Source of the DNA: Octopus vulgaris
Taxonomy: Eukaryota
DNA: 64,000 bases
Assembly (NCBI GenBank): GCA_951406725.2
Contig: OX597830.1
Span: 59,582,001 to 59,646,000 of the forward strand
Reading direction: 5' to 3'
The notes under the pieces were generated by a model that saw nothing but the letters and a program-made list of their open reading frames with translations, ran no database searches and was not told the DNA's origin. Made by a program: the position numbers and the translations under genes. Below, piece by piece: positions 1 through 11,378 of the stretch; within the stretch, counting starts at the first letter, position 1, and the number at the start of each line of letters is the position of its first letter.

Positions 1-799
1 AATTTATGTCTTCTTTTAGGCGGTTTATGCCTGTATCACAGGTGGATTCAGCTTTACCATAAATGATTGCTGATCTTGAGTGGGCAAAATGTTCTCTACT
101 ATGAGCTGCGGCATTCGATTCTTCGTTGGATGATTTCGAAAGGGTGGTTTCATAGCCATCAGACTTATGTCGGCCTGTGGGGTCGATCGGAATGGGTTTA
201 GTGGTCATAACTTTCCCGCCTGGTTTGGAACTGCACTGCCTCTTCTTCGGTTTGGGGGAGCACCACTCCCCAGATGAACTCACATCGAGATCGTTCAGAA
301 TTGGTTGAGCAATGGCATTAATGGGAAGGACAAGTGAGGGAGAATCCAAACAGATTTTATCTTGAGCAGGTTTCGTAGCTAAATCTGCCCCACTGGAGTT
401 TTGACTACGTTTCTTCTTTTGGGGAGAACAACGGTCTTCAGGTGGGTTTGAGTCTACGTTCCTCAAATTAGGTTGGGGAACCTCCGGGACCGAAAAGGCA
501 GATGAGGAAGAATCCGCACAGGAACGATCATGTGCGGAAACGACCGCCGGTTCCTTCGCCTTCTTTGGCCGCTTCGATTTTATTTCCTTCGGTTTGGACG
601 TCTCCAGGGAAGAAATCAAGGGTGACTCTGCGTCAATAGGAGACTGTTTATTCAGTAAATGAGCAACAACAGACTTTAGGTGCTCTACCTCTTGTTTGAG
701 CAACAGCAACTGCTCGTTGAGCTGACTGTTGGTAGGACCATCATCCCGATGAGAAGCCCTTCTCGCAGATCTCAGTTTCGATCTGTAGGTAGCTGACAT
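1..799 (-). CDS. LINE ORF1-like protein (probably CR1/L2 group), partial, open past the left window edge
   Basis: Manual translation from ATG at 799 gives 266 codons with no stop (MSATYRSKLRSARR...NEQLLLLKQEVEHLKSVVAHLL...HSRSAIIYGKAESTCDTGINRLKEDIN). A short coiled coil and an R-x-x-IIYG-x-x-E motif resemble CR1/L2 ORF1; intronless and CpG-retaining; putative 5'UTR to about 1030. Confidence 0.65.
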   Translation of the reverse strand, partial: MSATYRSKLRSARRASHRDDGPTNSQLNEQLLLLKQEVEHLKSVVAHLLNKQSPIDAESPLISSLETSKPKEIKSKRPKKAKEPAVVSAHDRSCADSSSSAFSVPEVPQPNLRNVDSNPPEDRCSPQKKKRSQNSSGADLATKPAQDKICLDSPSLVLPINAIAQPILNDLDVSSSGEWCSPKPKKRQCSSKPGGKVMTTKPIPIDPTGRHKSDGYETTLSKSSNEESNAAAHSREHFAHSRSAIIYGKAESTCDTGINRLKEDIN

Positions 800-1089
800 G
801 ATAGATTGTTGACCAAAAACAATCTTCTATGGGCTCTAGGACAAATCTGAGTTAAATCAGGAACAAAAACAGCTGCAATCCTTGTAGGAGTAGGCAACAG
901 CAGACAAAATCTGAGAGAGTTTGGGCTGAACCGAATCACAATCCAAGATTGAAAGCAGACGGTGAAACGAGTCGGGAACCCTTCCTAATTGTCTGAAGCA
1001 GCTTTAGGATAAGGAATAGTAGGTCGAACTTTAGAATATTGATATGCATATAAAATGTTCCACACGATTAAATATCATTTAACGTGCCA

Positions 1090-1396
1090 TTTGTAAGCCC
1101 AGTACTTATTCTATCGGTATCTTTTTGCCGAACCGCTAAGTGACGGGGACGTAAACACACCAGCATCGGTTGTCAAGCAATGCTAGGGGGACAAACACAG
1201 GCACACAAACATACACACACATACATATATACGGCGGGTTTCTTTCAGTTTCCGTCTACCAAATCCACTCTCAAGGTATTGGTCGGCCCGGGGCTATAGC
1301 AGAAGACACTTGCCCAAGATGCCACGCAGTGGGACTGAACCCGGAACCATGTGGTTGGGTAGCAAGCTACTTACCACACAGCCACTCCTGCGCCTA
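1090..1396 (-). mobile_element. tRNA-derived SINE, family A (3'-truncated)
   Basis: Head TGGCTGTGTGGTAAG...GGTTCAGTCCC (A/B-box-like); near-identical to copies at 40836-41238 and 44360-44737. Confidence 0.85.
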
Positions 1397-1902
1397 TGGA
1401 AACAGTGTCCATGGAAAAATTGTCTTGCATAAACGGTCTGTGGAAAAAAATTGTCTTACATGAAACGGTCAGAGGTGCAAAAAAAAAATACGTTCTGCAG
1501 CTCTAAAGAATATTATTTTCAAGACGAGATCATTCTTGCTGCGAAACGAAGAAGGTTCAGTCAGAAATCACCTTCACTGAAAGATGCAGATCAAAGGGAG
1601 ATAATATTTACTGCCGCTCGATTATTCCCCCTGTTTTTCCTTAATCTTAAGATATTTCAAAAATATTCTTCGACGAATTGCTGCCAGTCATTTATTTTTA
1701 TCCATTTCGCTTAATTTTCTTTTTGTCCCCAGAAATAGAGCATCTTTTTTCCTTTGATACTTGTTTCTTTCCTTTACTTACAACAACATTATATCGTAAA
1801 GGTTTAAACAATGAAATTCAGAATCGTTTTACTTATGTCTTTCCACTCCAAATAATTGGACCCAGCAGACCAGCTTTTGCTGCATAGTTGAGGCCCCTAT
1901 GG

Positions 1903-2197
1903 AGAAGTTCTTGAGCAGATAAGGCCGGAAATGTCGCTAGAAGCTGGGATCACCAAGCGTAGATTGGCATATTTCGGTCATATTATGCGGAGAGAATCCC
2001 TGGAGAAGGACATCATGCTCGGAATGGTGAGTGGCAAGAGAGGAAGAGGCCGACCAAGAACCCGCTGGCTTGACACCATCAGGAGTAATACCGGAATGGA
2101 CATGGCCAATCTGAAGGAAGCGGCCCAGGATAGAACTGACTGGAGGTCACTGATCCAAAGAGTGACCGAGAGTCAACTTCGACTTAGCGGTTAGAGA
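1903..2197 (+). mobile_element. 5'-truncated RTE-clade (BovB-like) LINE 3' end
   Basis: SLEAGITKRRLAYFGHIMRRESLEKDIMLGMVSGKRGRGRPRTRWLD...WRSLIQRVTESQLRLSG* matches the characteristic RTE/BovB ORF C-terminus (YFGH.MRR..SLEK..MLG...G.R.RGR...RWLD). Confidence 0.9.
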
Positions 2198-3716
2198 GAT
2201 TGTGACGTGATAAAGTCCAACGGAGTTTATAAAAAGATCAGATTCTCGCAGAGGAGTCAATATTTTGTCATTTGTAAATCGATTTTTCAATTTTTTATCT
2301 ATTAAGAAAATATTCTACATTCGCAGATAAAAATAATTTCGTTCACTTTTGCCGAACAATACCTACCTACCACAGGTATACAGCAAATGTGTGTGTGTAA
2401 GGTTTTTCATTATGACCGGTCAAAGAGTGACATTTTGGTTTCGCACCCTCAAAGCGCTTAGTTGTGTAGTCGACTTGTATACATATGTGTGTGTGTATCT
2501 TATTCTAGGAATAAATTAACCAGAAGCGTACAGTAATAGTTCTCTCAGATATATTCCAGGTTCCGGCTGACCACATTAAGTAGTTATAAACATCAACGAC
2601 CGTTTAATATAACCAATTTTGCGGTAATTCTTCAGATGAATAACCAGAGATTGGCTTCCCCGAATTATGGATATTATCAGGAGTATAAATTTCTAATATA
2701 TACATATGCATGTATGAGAGCAGAAAGAGACATAAAAATCACCTATTTTCTAAATTTCCGAAACAACCAACTGAAATCAATATCAATAAAAAAGGATGTG
2801 AATTAATTTGAATTTGCATCATTATATCCCCAATCCCCAAATAAAATAATTATATTTAACGATTTCTTTTTTCTTCCTTTTTTTTTTTTTGTGCATGAAC
2901 CTTATCGACAACTATTGCTATGTGCTATAATTTCTAAAAAATATCGATTTTTTTTTTCCTGAAGAATTCTTTTGTTTGTATGTCAGCTTCATCTGCTCTG
3001 TCTTGGCGATCATCCCCATAATACATAGGCAGTAATTATAAGTTTAAATTTTAAACGTTCTTATCATTGAGCACTACCTCATGTGAGTCGAGCTAATATT
3101 ATAAAAATATTCCAGTTGTCTGTTCTAGATTCTTCCCAGTTGAGAGTTGAGCGATATCTACTGCAGCCTCCGAAAGAACAACAGGTTGTAACTTTACTTT
3201 CTTCGTCAAAGTATACAGGCTTTCATTTCTAAACGGACACTGTTTGTCAACACAAACACAATCTACTTTATCCCGACCCCACAGCCAATCCGTCGCGAAA
3301 TCTGGTTGCTGTGTCATCATCTGCCGACGGTAGGCCTGCTTGACGTTGTAATATTCCAGGTGGTTTTCTAAAAACTATCGAATTACCCAGAACAAGGTTT
3401 CGTAAGTTTCACCTTCGGTTCTGCCTTCCTGTTTTCTGTGCATCAAGTGTACACACTGATCACGGTGGTTAAGCGAATTCTCTCTCTTGACCCAGTGTTA
3501 AAACATACAATAACAGGAATATTCCAGCATCTAAACTTACGTATCTACACATGCGAATATACATCCATACACACACCCACCCACTGTACAGTTAACTTAC
3601 TGAGACCTCTTTTCTTTCAGTTTGTAGTACTAAGTATAATTTATCCACAGACGTGTGTGTTTACATATATTCATATGTACACACATATATATTACACACA
3701 CACGTCTGTGCATATT

Positions 3717-3762
<46 letters not shown>

Positions 3763-4291
3763 TATATATATGCATTTATACATTATATATATATATATAT
3801 ATATGAATATATATATGCATTATTTATATATAAAGTATAAGTGTGCAATGTAAAGGCATACCTTTTTAATATGAATAATTATAGCCTTGCTGTGAAGGTA
3901 AATCAAAACAATGTTATCTCTTGGTTGACAGTAAAAGTAGGATTCATACTAGTTTCTGGTTTTCTAAAACTTTCATCAGAGAAAGAAAACCTATCGCCTC
4001 AGAGACTGATTATTAGCTTATAGCTATTTATGGAGAACAAAAACTGAGGTCGGTCCAGCTAAGCTGCTACACCAATGTCGTTAGGTATACCGGTGCATGT
4101 GCTGACAACTGTTATAATTAATTAATTAATTAATTACCAAGCATTTTCCTTTTGACAATTTTAAATGAAATCCAATGTAAGGCATATTGTGTTTCATAAA
4201 CCTAACTGTAGACTTATTGTGAAAAGTAAACAAAGCATGTGTGCTTGAGTGTGTGTGTCTCTATGTATATATATATATATATATATATATA

Positions 4292-4527
4292 CAGGGTGGC
4301 CCCAAAGTAGATTTACAGTTGCATCACATATGCACTTCAAATTTCCTTTAAAACATTTTATTACATTTAAATTTCTATCTTACAAACTGTAAAGGGACCT
4401 TAGCAAAATTAACTAAATTAGCATAGAATAAGGGTTTCATATTTTTTTTATAATTAAGATCTAAACTGTTGATATATGAATGCAAAAGATAATTGAATAA
4501 CTGTAAACCTACTTTGGGGCCACCCTG
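4292..4527. mobile_element. Tc1/mariner-type MITE
   Basis: 29-bp TIRs CAGGGTGGCCCCAAAGTAGATTTACAGTT / AACTGTAAACCTACTTTGGGGCCACCCTG (1 mismatch); TA on the left flank. Confidence 0.85.
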
Positions 4528-4529
4528 TT

Positions 4530-4567
<38 letters not shown>

Positions 4568-4678
4568 GTAGAACAAACAGAACTAGAACTCAATCATGCT
4601 TTGAATGCTTTCTTCCATTATTCAGCAGAAAGTAACTCAGGGACCAGCGCTTGGGTCATTTATACATATATATATATA

Positions 4679-5315
4679 GGTGCGGGCATGGCTGTGTGGT
4701 AAGAAGTTTGCTTCCTAACTACATCATTCCAGGTTCAGTCCCACTGCACGGCACCTTGGGCAAGTGTCTTCTACTATAGCCTTGGGCTGACCAAAGCCTT
4801 CTGAGTAGATTTGGTAGATGGAAACTGAAAGAAGCCTGTCATATATAAGTATGTATAGATCTTTGTGTTTGCCTCACCACTGCTTGGTAACCAGTGTTGG
4901 TTTTTTTATGTCTCCATAACTTAGCAGTTCAGTTAAACAGATGGACAGAATAAGTACCAGGCTTTAAAAAAATAAGCACTGGAGCCAATTTGTTGCTAGC
5001 CTCGCCTGGCCCTCGTGCCGGTGGCACGTAAAAAGCACCATCCGATTGTGGCCGTTTGCCAGCCTCGTCTGGCACCTGTGCCGGTGGCACATAAAAAGCA
5101 CCCACTACACTCACGGAGTGGTTGGCGTTAGGAAGGGCATCCAGCCGTAGAAACATTGCCAGATCAGACTGGGCCTGGTGCAGCCTACTGGCTTCCTAGA
5201 CCCCAGTTGAACTGTCCAACCCATGCTAGCATGGAAAGTGGACGCTAAACAAAGAAGAAAATATTCTCCAAAGCAGTATCCCAACATGGCCGCAGTCTCA
5301 TGACAAAAACAAATA
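4679..5315 (+). mobile_element. SINE family A, interrupted by a family D element
   Basis: Head and body 4679-4990; tail (CATGGCCGCAGTC...ATGAC) resumes at about 5264. Confidence 0.8.
4996..5250 (+). mobile_element. Family D retroposon (RTE-tail-like SINE or LINE 3' end)
   Basis: GTTGGCGTTAGGAAGGGCATCCAGCCGTAGAAAC...CCATGCTAGCATGGAAAGTGGACG; recurs at about 29150-29278, 35790-35970, 44750-44940, 55200-55380, 56815-57030 and 63796-63930, usually with a (GAT)n tail. Confidence 0.75.
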
Positions 5316-6417
5316 TATATACATATATGCATATGTATGTATGTATGTAGGATTGGATAGATGGAATATATCTTGTATAGATCTAGAAAGACCATAGTTG
5401 AAATGTGGACTCAATATGCAATTATGTAGAGTAGGGTTTACTTTATCTTGATAGTGAGAGGCCATGTGGAGAGCTTGTCCATTTCATGTGTCCGGATGAT
5501 TGATTAACCACCCTTGAGTTACCTGTGCTCCTCATATATTTTGTATATGTGTGTGTGTGTGCGTGCAAGCATGTGTGTATGGTAATGGTATTTTCATTAT
5601 GGTTAATTTTGCACACCATTGCAGGAATGTGAATGTTGTGTGTAAATCTGTGAGTACGTAAAAGTATGTCAAATTAACCTTTATGGAAATAAGACATTAT
5701 ACTAATATGAGTCTCATAAACACTTGCACACACACACACACACACACAACATAGTGAGGCACATGCACTTACAACTTGCTTTTGAGGATCCAAGTCTGGT
5801 TGATGTATGATCTTGATCTGTGAAATGGACAACCTCTCCACACTGCTTCCCACTATCAAAAAAAAATATATGTATACACACACCTATATATCTATACACA
5901 TACACACACACACAACTTTTGATATCTGATGAGATGGATGCATCCATGAAACTTTCATCAAGCCATATGGAGCTGAGTCAAACTGTTACTAAAAATATAT
6001 ACGACACAGACAGACAGATATCCATTCATGCAAACTTTTAATGATCAAATGATTTAGGGTACCGGCCCATCAACTGATTCCTTGATCATATCTCAACACA
6101 GGTGCTATTATAATACTACGCTCTGAGCAAGACACTCAACGTTCCCTACCCAACATATCTAACAATACTTGCAGTGAGAAGCAAGCCTGTAGCACATGCA
6201 AGATGACAATGGTGTAAAGACATGTAAGAGTGTTATAAAGGCGGCATATTAGGTTTATTGTGGCTTTACATTTCTTGAGGGGGGGTCATATTGAACAGCA
6301 GTGAGGGAAGGGCAATATACAACAAGTGTGTTTCATGAATTTTTTTTCCTTTTTCTTTTTTTTTGGATGACATTCAGTGAAGAGGAAATATGTGAACCTT
6401 CCATTTTTGTGGTGGCA

Positions 6418-7296
6418 TTGACTACAATAGGTGGTGTTTGATAGAGACTACAATATGTGATTTTATTTAATGATGACAATGATGATGACGATCATGATGA
6501 TGATCATGATGATATAGGTTTGTTATAAGGTGACTTGAGTGAGGGTGGTGATATTGTGTGGAATAACTGAAAAACATTGTCGCTAAAGACTTTAGACTAT
6601 AATAAGTATGTTTGTATGGTAGAAGTTATACTAGGTACAATCACATTTGGTGTTTCTTCTGGACAGCAACTAAACAATAGGTAAACATAGTGACACTCAC
6701 TAGAGAATAAGTGAAGTTTGTTTGATGATGTTTGTTGGTGGTTAGGACTACAATAGGTAAAAATTGTTTGATGGTTTTATGGTGATATTGACTAGAATAT
6801 AAGAGTTTCTTTGGTGATATATGATGATTTTTTTTTTTGACTAGAATAGAATTTGTTTTGTAGTCATTTGACTAGAACAAGTACAAGTTGTTTGATGGTG
6901 ATTTATGGCAAATATGGAATTGAATGTAAGAATCTGATAGAGATTTTTTTACTAGAGTACATATGTCTTCATTTGACAATGATACTGAGTACAATTTTAA
7001 TATTCCATCCAGGTATTATTGTAACAGTGAATAGACAAGTTTCTCGATGATAACAACTAAAATACATGAACTTGATGATGATAACGTTGACTAGAATAAA
7101 TTGTTTTGATGGACATATTGACTAGAATAATTGAGAATGTTTGATAAAATGTGATCGCGATGGAACTGACTAGAATCAGAGATGGTTTTTATGGTGTATA
7201 TATAACACAGTTATTGACGAGAACAGGCAAAATTTGCTTCATGAAGACATTTCATTATACCAACTGTTTTCATTGGTTGATATCAAACTAGAATAA
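6418..7296. repeat. Degenerate minisatellite with a (TT)GACTAGAATA core
   Basis: About 17 recognisable copies of the core, separated by variable TTTGATGGTG-rich spacers. Confidence 0.7.
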
Positions 7297-7726
7297 AAAG
7301 CTACAAGTCTAATTAAAATGCAAACTGGAATGCAAATATGCAAGTGGAGAATTCTTTCAGAATTATTGGTGAAGCGACTTACATTAGCAGCTAGTTGTGT
7401 GTGTGTGTGTGTGTGTATGTGTGTGTGCACTGTGTGTGTATATGCATGCATGTGTGTGTGTGTGTGTGCAACTGTCATACAGTGAACTTGTATGTATGAA
7501 TATATCTGTTTATGCGTATATATATATATATATATTTATATATACATATATATACACACACACACATATCTATATAAATATATGTGAATGCATATATACA
7601 CATATATATATATATATATATGTATACACACATACATATATAAAACAAAAACAAAGAAACAATTATTTTCTAACATTTTTTCTTTTATGTTGCTGTAAAA
7701 TACACCAATTGGCAAAATAGGAAATG

Positions 7727-7769
<43 letters not shown>

Positions 7770-8172
7770 GTAATAGTAATAATAATAATGATAATAATAA
7801 CAAGAAAATAAACATACTTTTAAGTTCATAAAAACAAATATTTAGTTGGGTTTTTGTATTTTTTTTTGTCTTCTGCTCATTTTTTTTTTGTTTTGTTTGG
7901 TTAAAAACTGCACTATTTGCCCTCATTTTTGGAGTGGTTTTAGGGGGGATAGTTTTTTTCCAAGACTTTTAGCACCACATTGATAAATTTTGAACCAATA
8001 TGTATAATATGTATACGTATGTGTGTGTGCATATATGTATGCAGGTATATATATATATATATATATATAGATATATATACAAATATATAAACAGATATAA
8101 TATACATATATCACATAAAATAACAGACACCATCTATGTGTCTTTGTACATTTAAGTATGTATATATATATT

Positions 8173-8220
<48 letters not shown>

Positions 8221-8487
8221 GTAGATAGATAGATATAGATATATACACACATATAGAAAATACATGCACATTAATATATAGGTAATAATAACAGAATTAT
8301 AATGGGTTTTAGACCATCAGTATTCCAAGTTTCATGTTACTGCTCTTTGATGGTCTCTAGTCATACCAAAAAGTGGTAACACAAGGAACAGTCTCAGATT
8401 AACAGCAGTGCAAAACCTCAGTTTTCCTTGCTATTATTATTATTATCATTATTATTAACTCTATATATTATGTAGGTCTTTTATGTA

Positions 8488-8521
<34 letters not shown>

Positions 8522-10486
8522 AAGAGAGAGAGATACACATGAGCATATATTTATATAAATATGCACACACACACATATACATATATATAAAGTGTGTATC
8601 TATGTGTGTGCACATATATATTTCACACTCACACATACACATTTTACATTTGTGTGTATATATATATACACATGTGATTGTATATGAGTTTGTATATCTG
8701 TATGCATGCACACACACACACAGTGTATACATATATGTATATACATACATATATATAAAATAAAAAACATATACAGCTGTACAGAGCAAAAAAAAAACTA
8801 ACAACAGTGTAAAAGTGCCTCAGCGTGGCACTGTCAAAATTTTCACCACTCGAAATACACTTCAACTTTTGCCTTGCCCACCCCTGAAAAGAAATTTTTT
8901 AAAAAATTAAATTAAAAAAAAAAAAAAATGAAATTGTAAATTCCAACAGAGTCAAAGCTGTTTACTGAACAATTCTGACCTCCCAACCCAGCATAAATAA
9001 TAATAAAAAAAAAACAAAACAAGGAACATGCACTTACAGATCTCAGACTGAATCTAAAGTCAATTATTACCAATATTTGTTGTCATTTGTTAAGTTTTGA
9101 GTCGTCAGAAATCTTCACTACTCTCGACTTGAGAATGTTTTGGTGCATGAAAACAAATTTTGGTAATTCTCACAACAAAGAGGAAAAAAATAACAGAAAC
9201 AATTATTCCCAAGAAACTCTGTGGCTTAGCAGCAATTTTGGTACAAATTAGTTTTGGGAGGGGATTGTTTGTTTTTTTTGCTTGTTTTTTTTTTGTTTTT
9301 GTTTTTTTTTTTTTTTGAAATTTCGTTTTTTTGTCAGGGCTTGTCTTATTTTTTTTTTCCATCACCTTCCCCACTTTTGGTTTATTTGTGTTTCTCGTAT
9401 CTTTTCATATCAATTTTTTTGTTTTGTTTTTATATTTCTTTTTCATCTTTGCCTTTCTTCTTGTGACCATCAATGTTATTATTTATGAGGAATTTTCCGT
9501 ATTATCTAAAAATCTTCCTTCTCCAAATATTTGAAGAATTTCAAAGAGTAAGGAATAAATGTTCTGACAAAAACTAATGCACTGCTATGCCTGTCGTGAA
9601 GCACCAGCACGCAGTTGTCGTTGCAATGAGACAGTAAAATTTGGAAGAAGAAGAAGAAAAAAAAGAAACATAATCGGAGTCTCAATTATTTCATTGTTCT
9701 TCTTTCCTTCCTTTTCTTCGTTCTTGTTACATTCTTTTCTCATTCTCTCTCTCTCTCTCTCCATATACACACACACATTCTCTCTCTGATTTACTAACTC
9801 CTTCAATATGTATATACATATCTATATATATATAATCATTTCTTTCTTTTTCTTTCATGAGGTTTCAATCACAAAATAACAATTATAAACAAGAACAAAA
9901 TGTGTAAAAGACCAACAAAAAAAAACTGGCATAAAGGTGTGTGTGTAGGTGAGGAATGCACAAGTTATTTTCAAGTCCGTTTAGTAATTGTGCATTCTTA
10001 TTTGATTTCTTCTCTTCAAAGGGTCAAACCTGACCCTTATTATTGTTATATCACCTATATCTCAGTTTATTTCATTTTCTGTCTTTCTTTTTACAAATAG
10101 TTTTTTCTGTCTTTTTAAGTCATTTACCTCATCTCTTCATTTGCATTTTATCTTCTTTTTTTTCTTAATTTCATTTCATACTGATAAATACTTTTTTTTT
10201 TTTTACACTTCTTTCTCTTTTCGTTTTCTTCCCCCCGCCCCCAACAATATTACAAATACTGAAGTGGGGTGGGAGTTATAAGAAAAAAAAAATGTGTAGG
10301 AATATGAGAAAGAACCAATCAACTTTCTTTGAAGATTTCTCAGGTGTGAGGGAGTCAGTCATATGAATAACAATAACAGCAATAACAAAAGAAACAATAA
10401 CAACAGTAATTACAATAATAATAATGATGATGATGATGATGATGATGATGCAGTTGATAAATATAAAATGTATTTACTTGTGTGTT

Positions 10487-10536
<50 letters not shown>

Positions 10537-10619
10537 CATATGTGTGTGTTTATAAATCTATATGAATTCAAAGGTGTCATTTTGATGGTAAATTTGATAT
10601 GCTATCAGCTATATGTAAT

Positions 10620-10675
<56 letters not shown>

Positions 10676-10806
10676 TACATACAAACACATTATGTCCAAG
10701 TAATTAATATGTATGTATGTATGTATGGTGTAAGAATGTGGTTATCTTATGTTTTTCTGCAAAAATAAAGGGTGTGTTGTAGGGAGTCTTGTGTAACAGA
10801 GGTGTT

Positions 10807-10850
<44 letters not shown>

Positions 10851-10878
10851 ACATATATATATATGTATGTATGTATGT

Positions 10879-10930
<52 letters not shown>

Positions 10931-11038
10931 ATATATATATATAATGATTAGTACCTGTTGTCACAGCCATACTATCCTGGTGTCCAAATCCTTGACACTG
11001 AGAACTAAGTATGGAAGTAACTAGGAGCAATTATCATG

Positions 11039-11070
<32 letters not shown>

Positions 11071-11343
11071 AAAATATATATATGTGTGTGTACACAAATT
11101 TATGTATATTTTTAGTAATATTTAGCAGAGGCAATGCAGTGAGTCAAGGGCTGAGAGTTCTGTTTGTGCATTGGCACTCTCTTGGCCCTTGAGTCACTCT
11201 GTTGCTTCTTTCCTGTGGGCATGTATATATATATGTATGTATGTGTGTGTGTAGATAGATAGATAGATAGCTATAGATGTCTGAATGCGTGTGTGTGCAA
11301 TATAATGCCATAAATACATTTTGTGATCAACATATCAGCCAAC

Positions 11344-11378
<35 letters not shown>

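Noticed and set aside
6418-7296. CRISPR-like repeat-spacer appearance
   Set aside because: Eukaryotic context, short degenerate repeats, irregular self-similar spacers, no cas genes.
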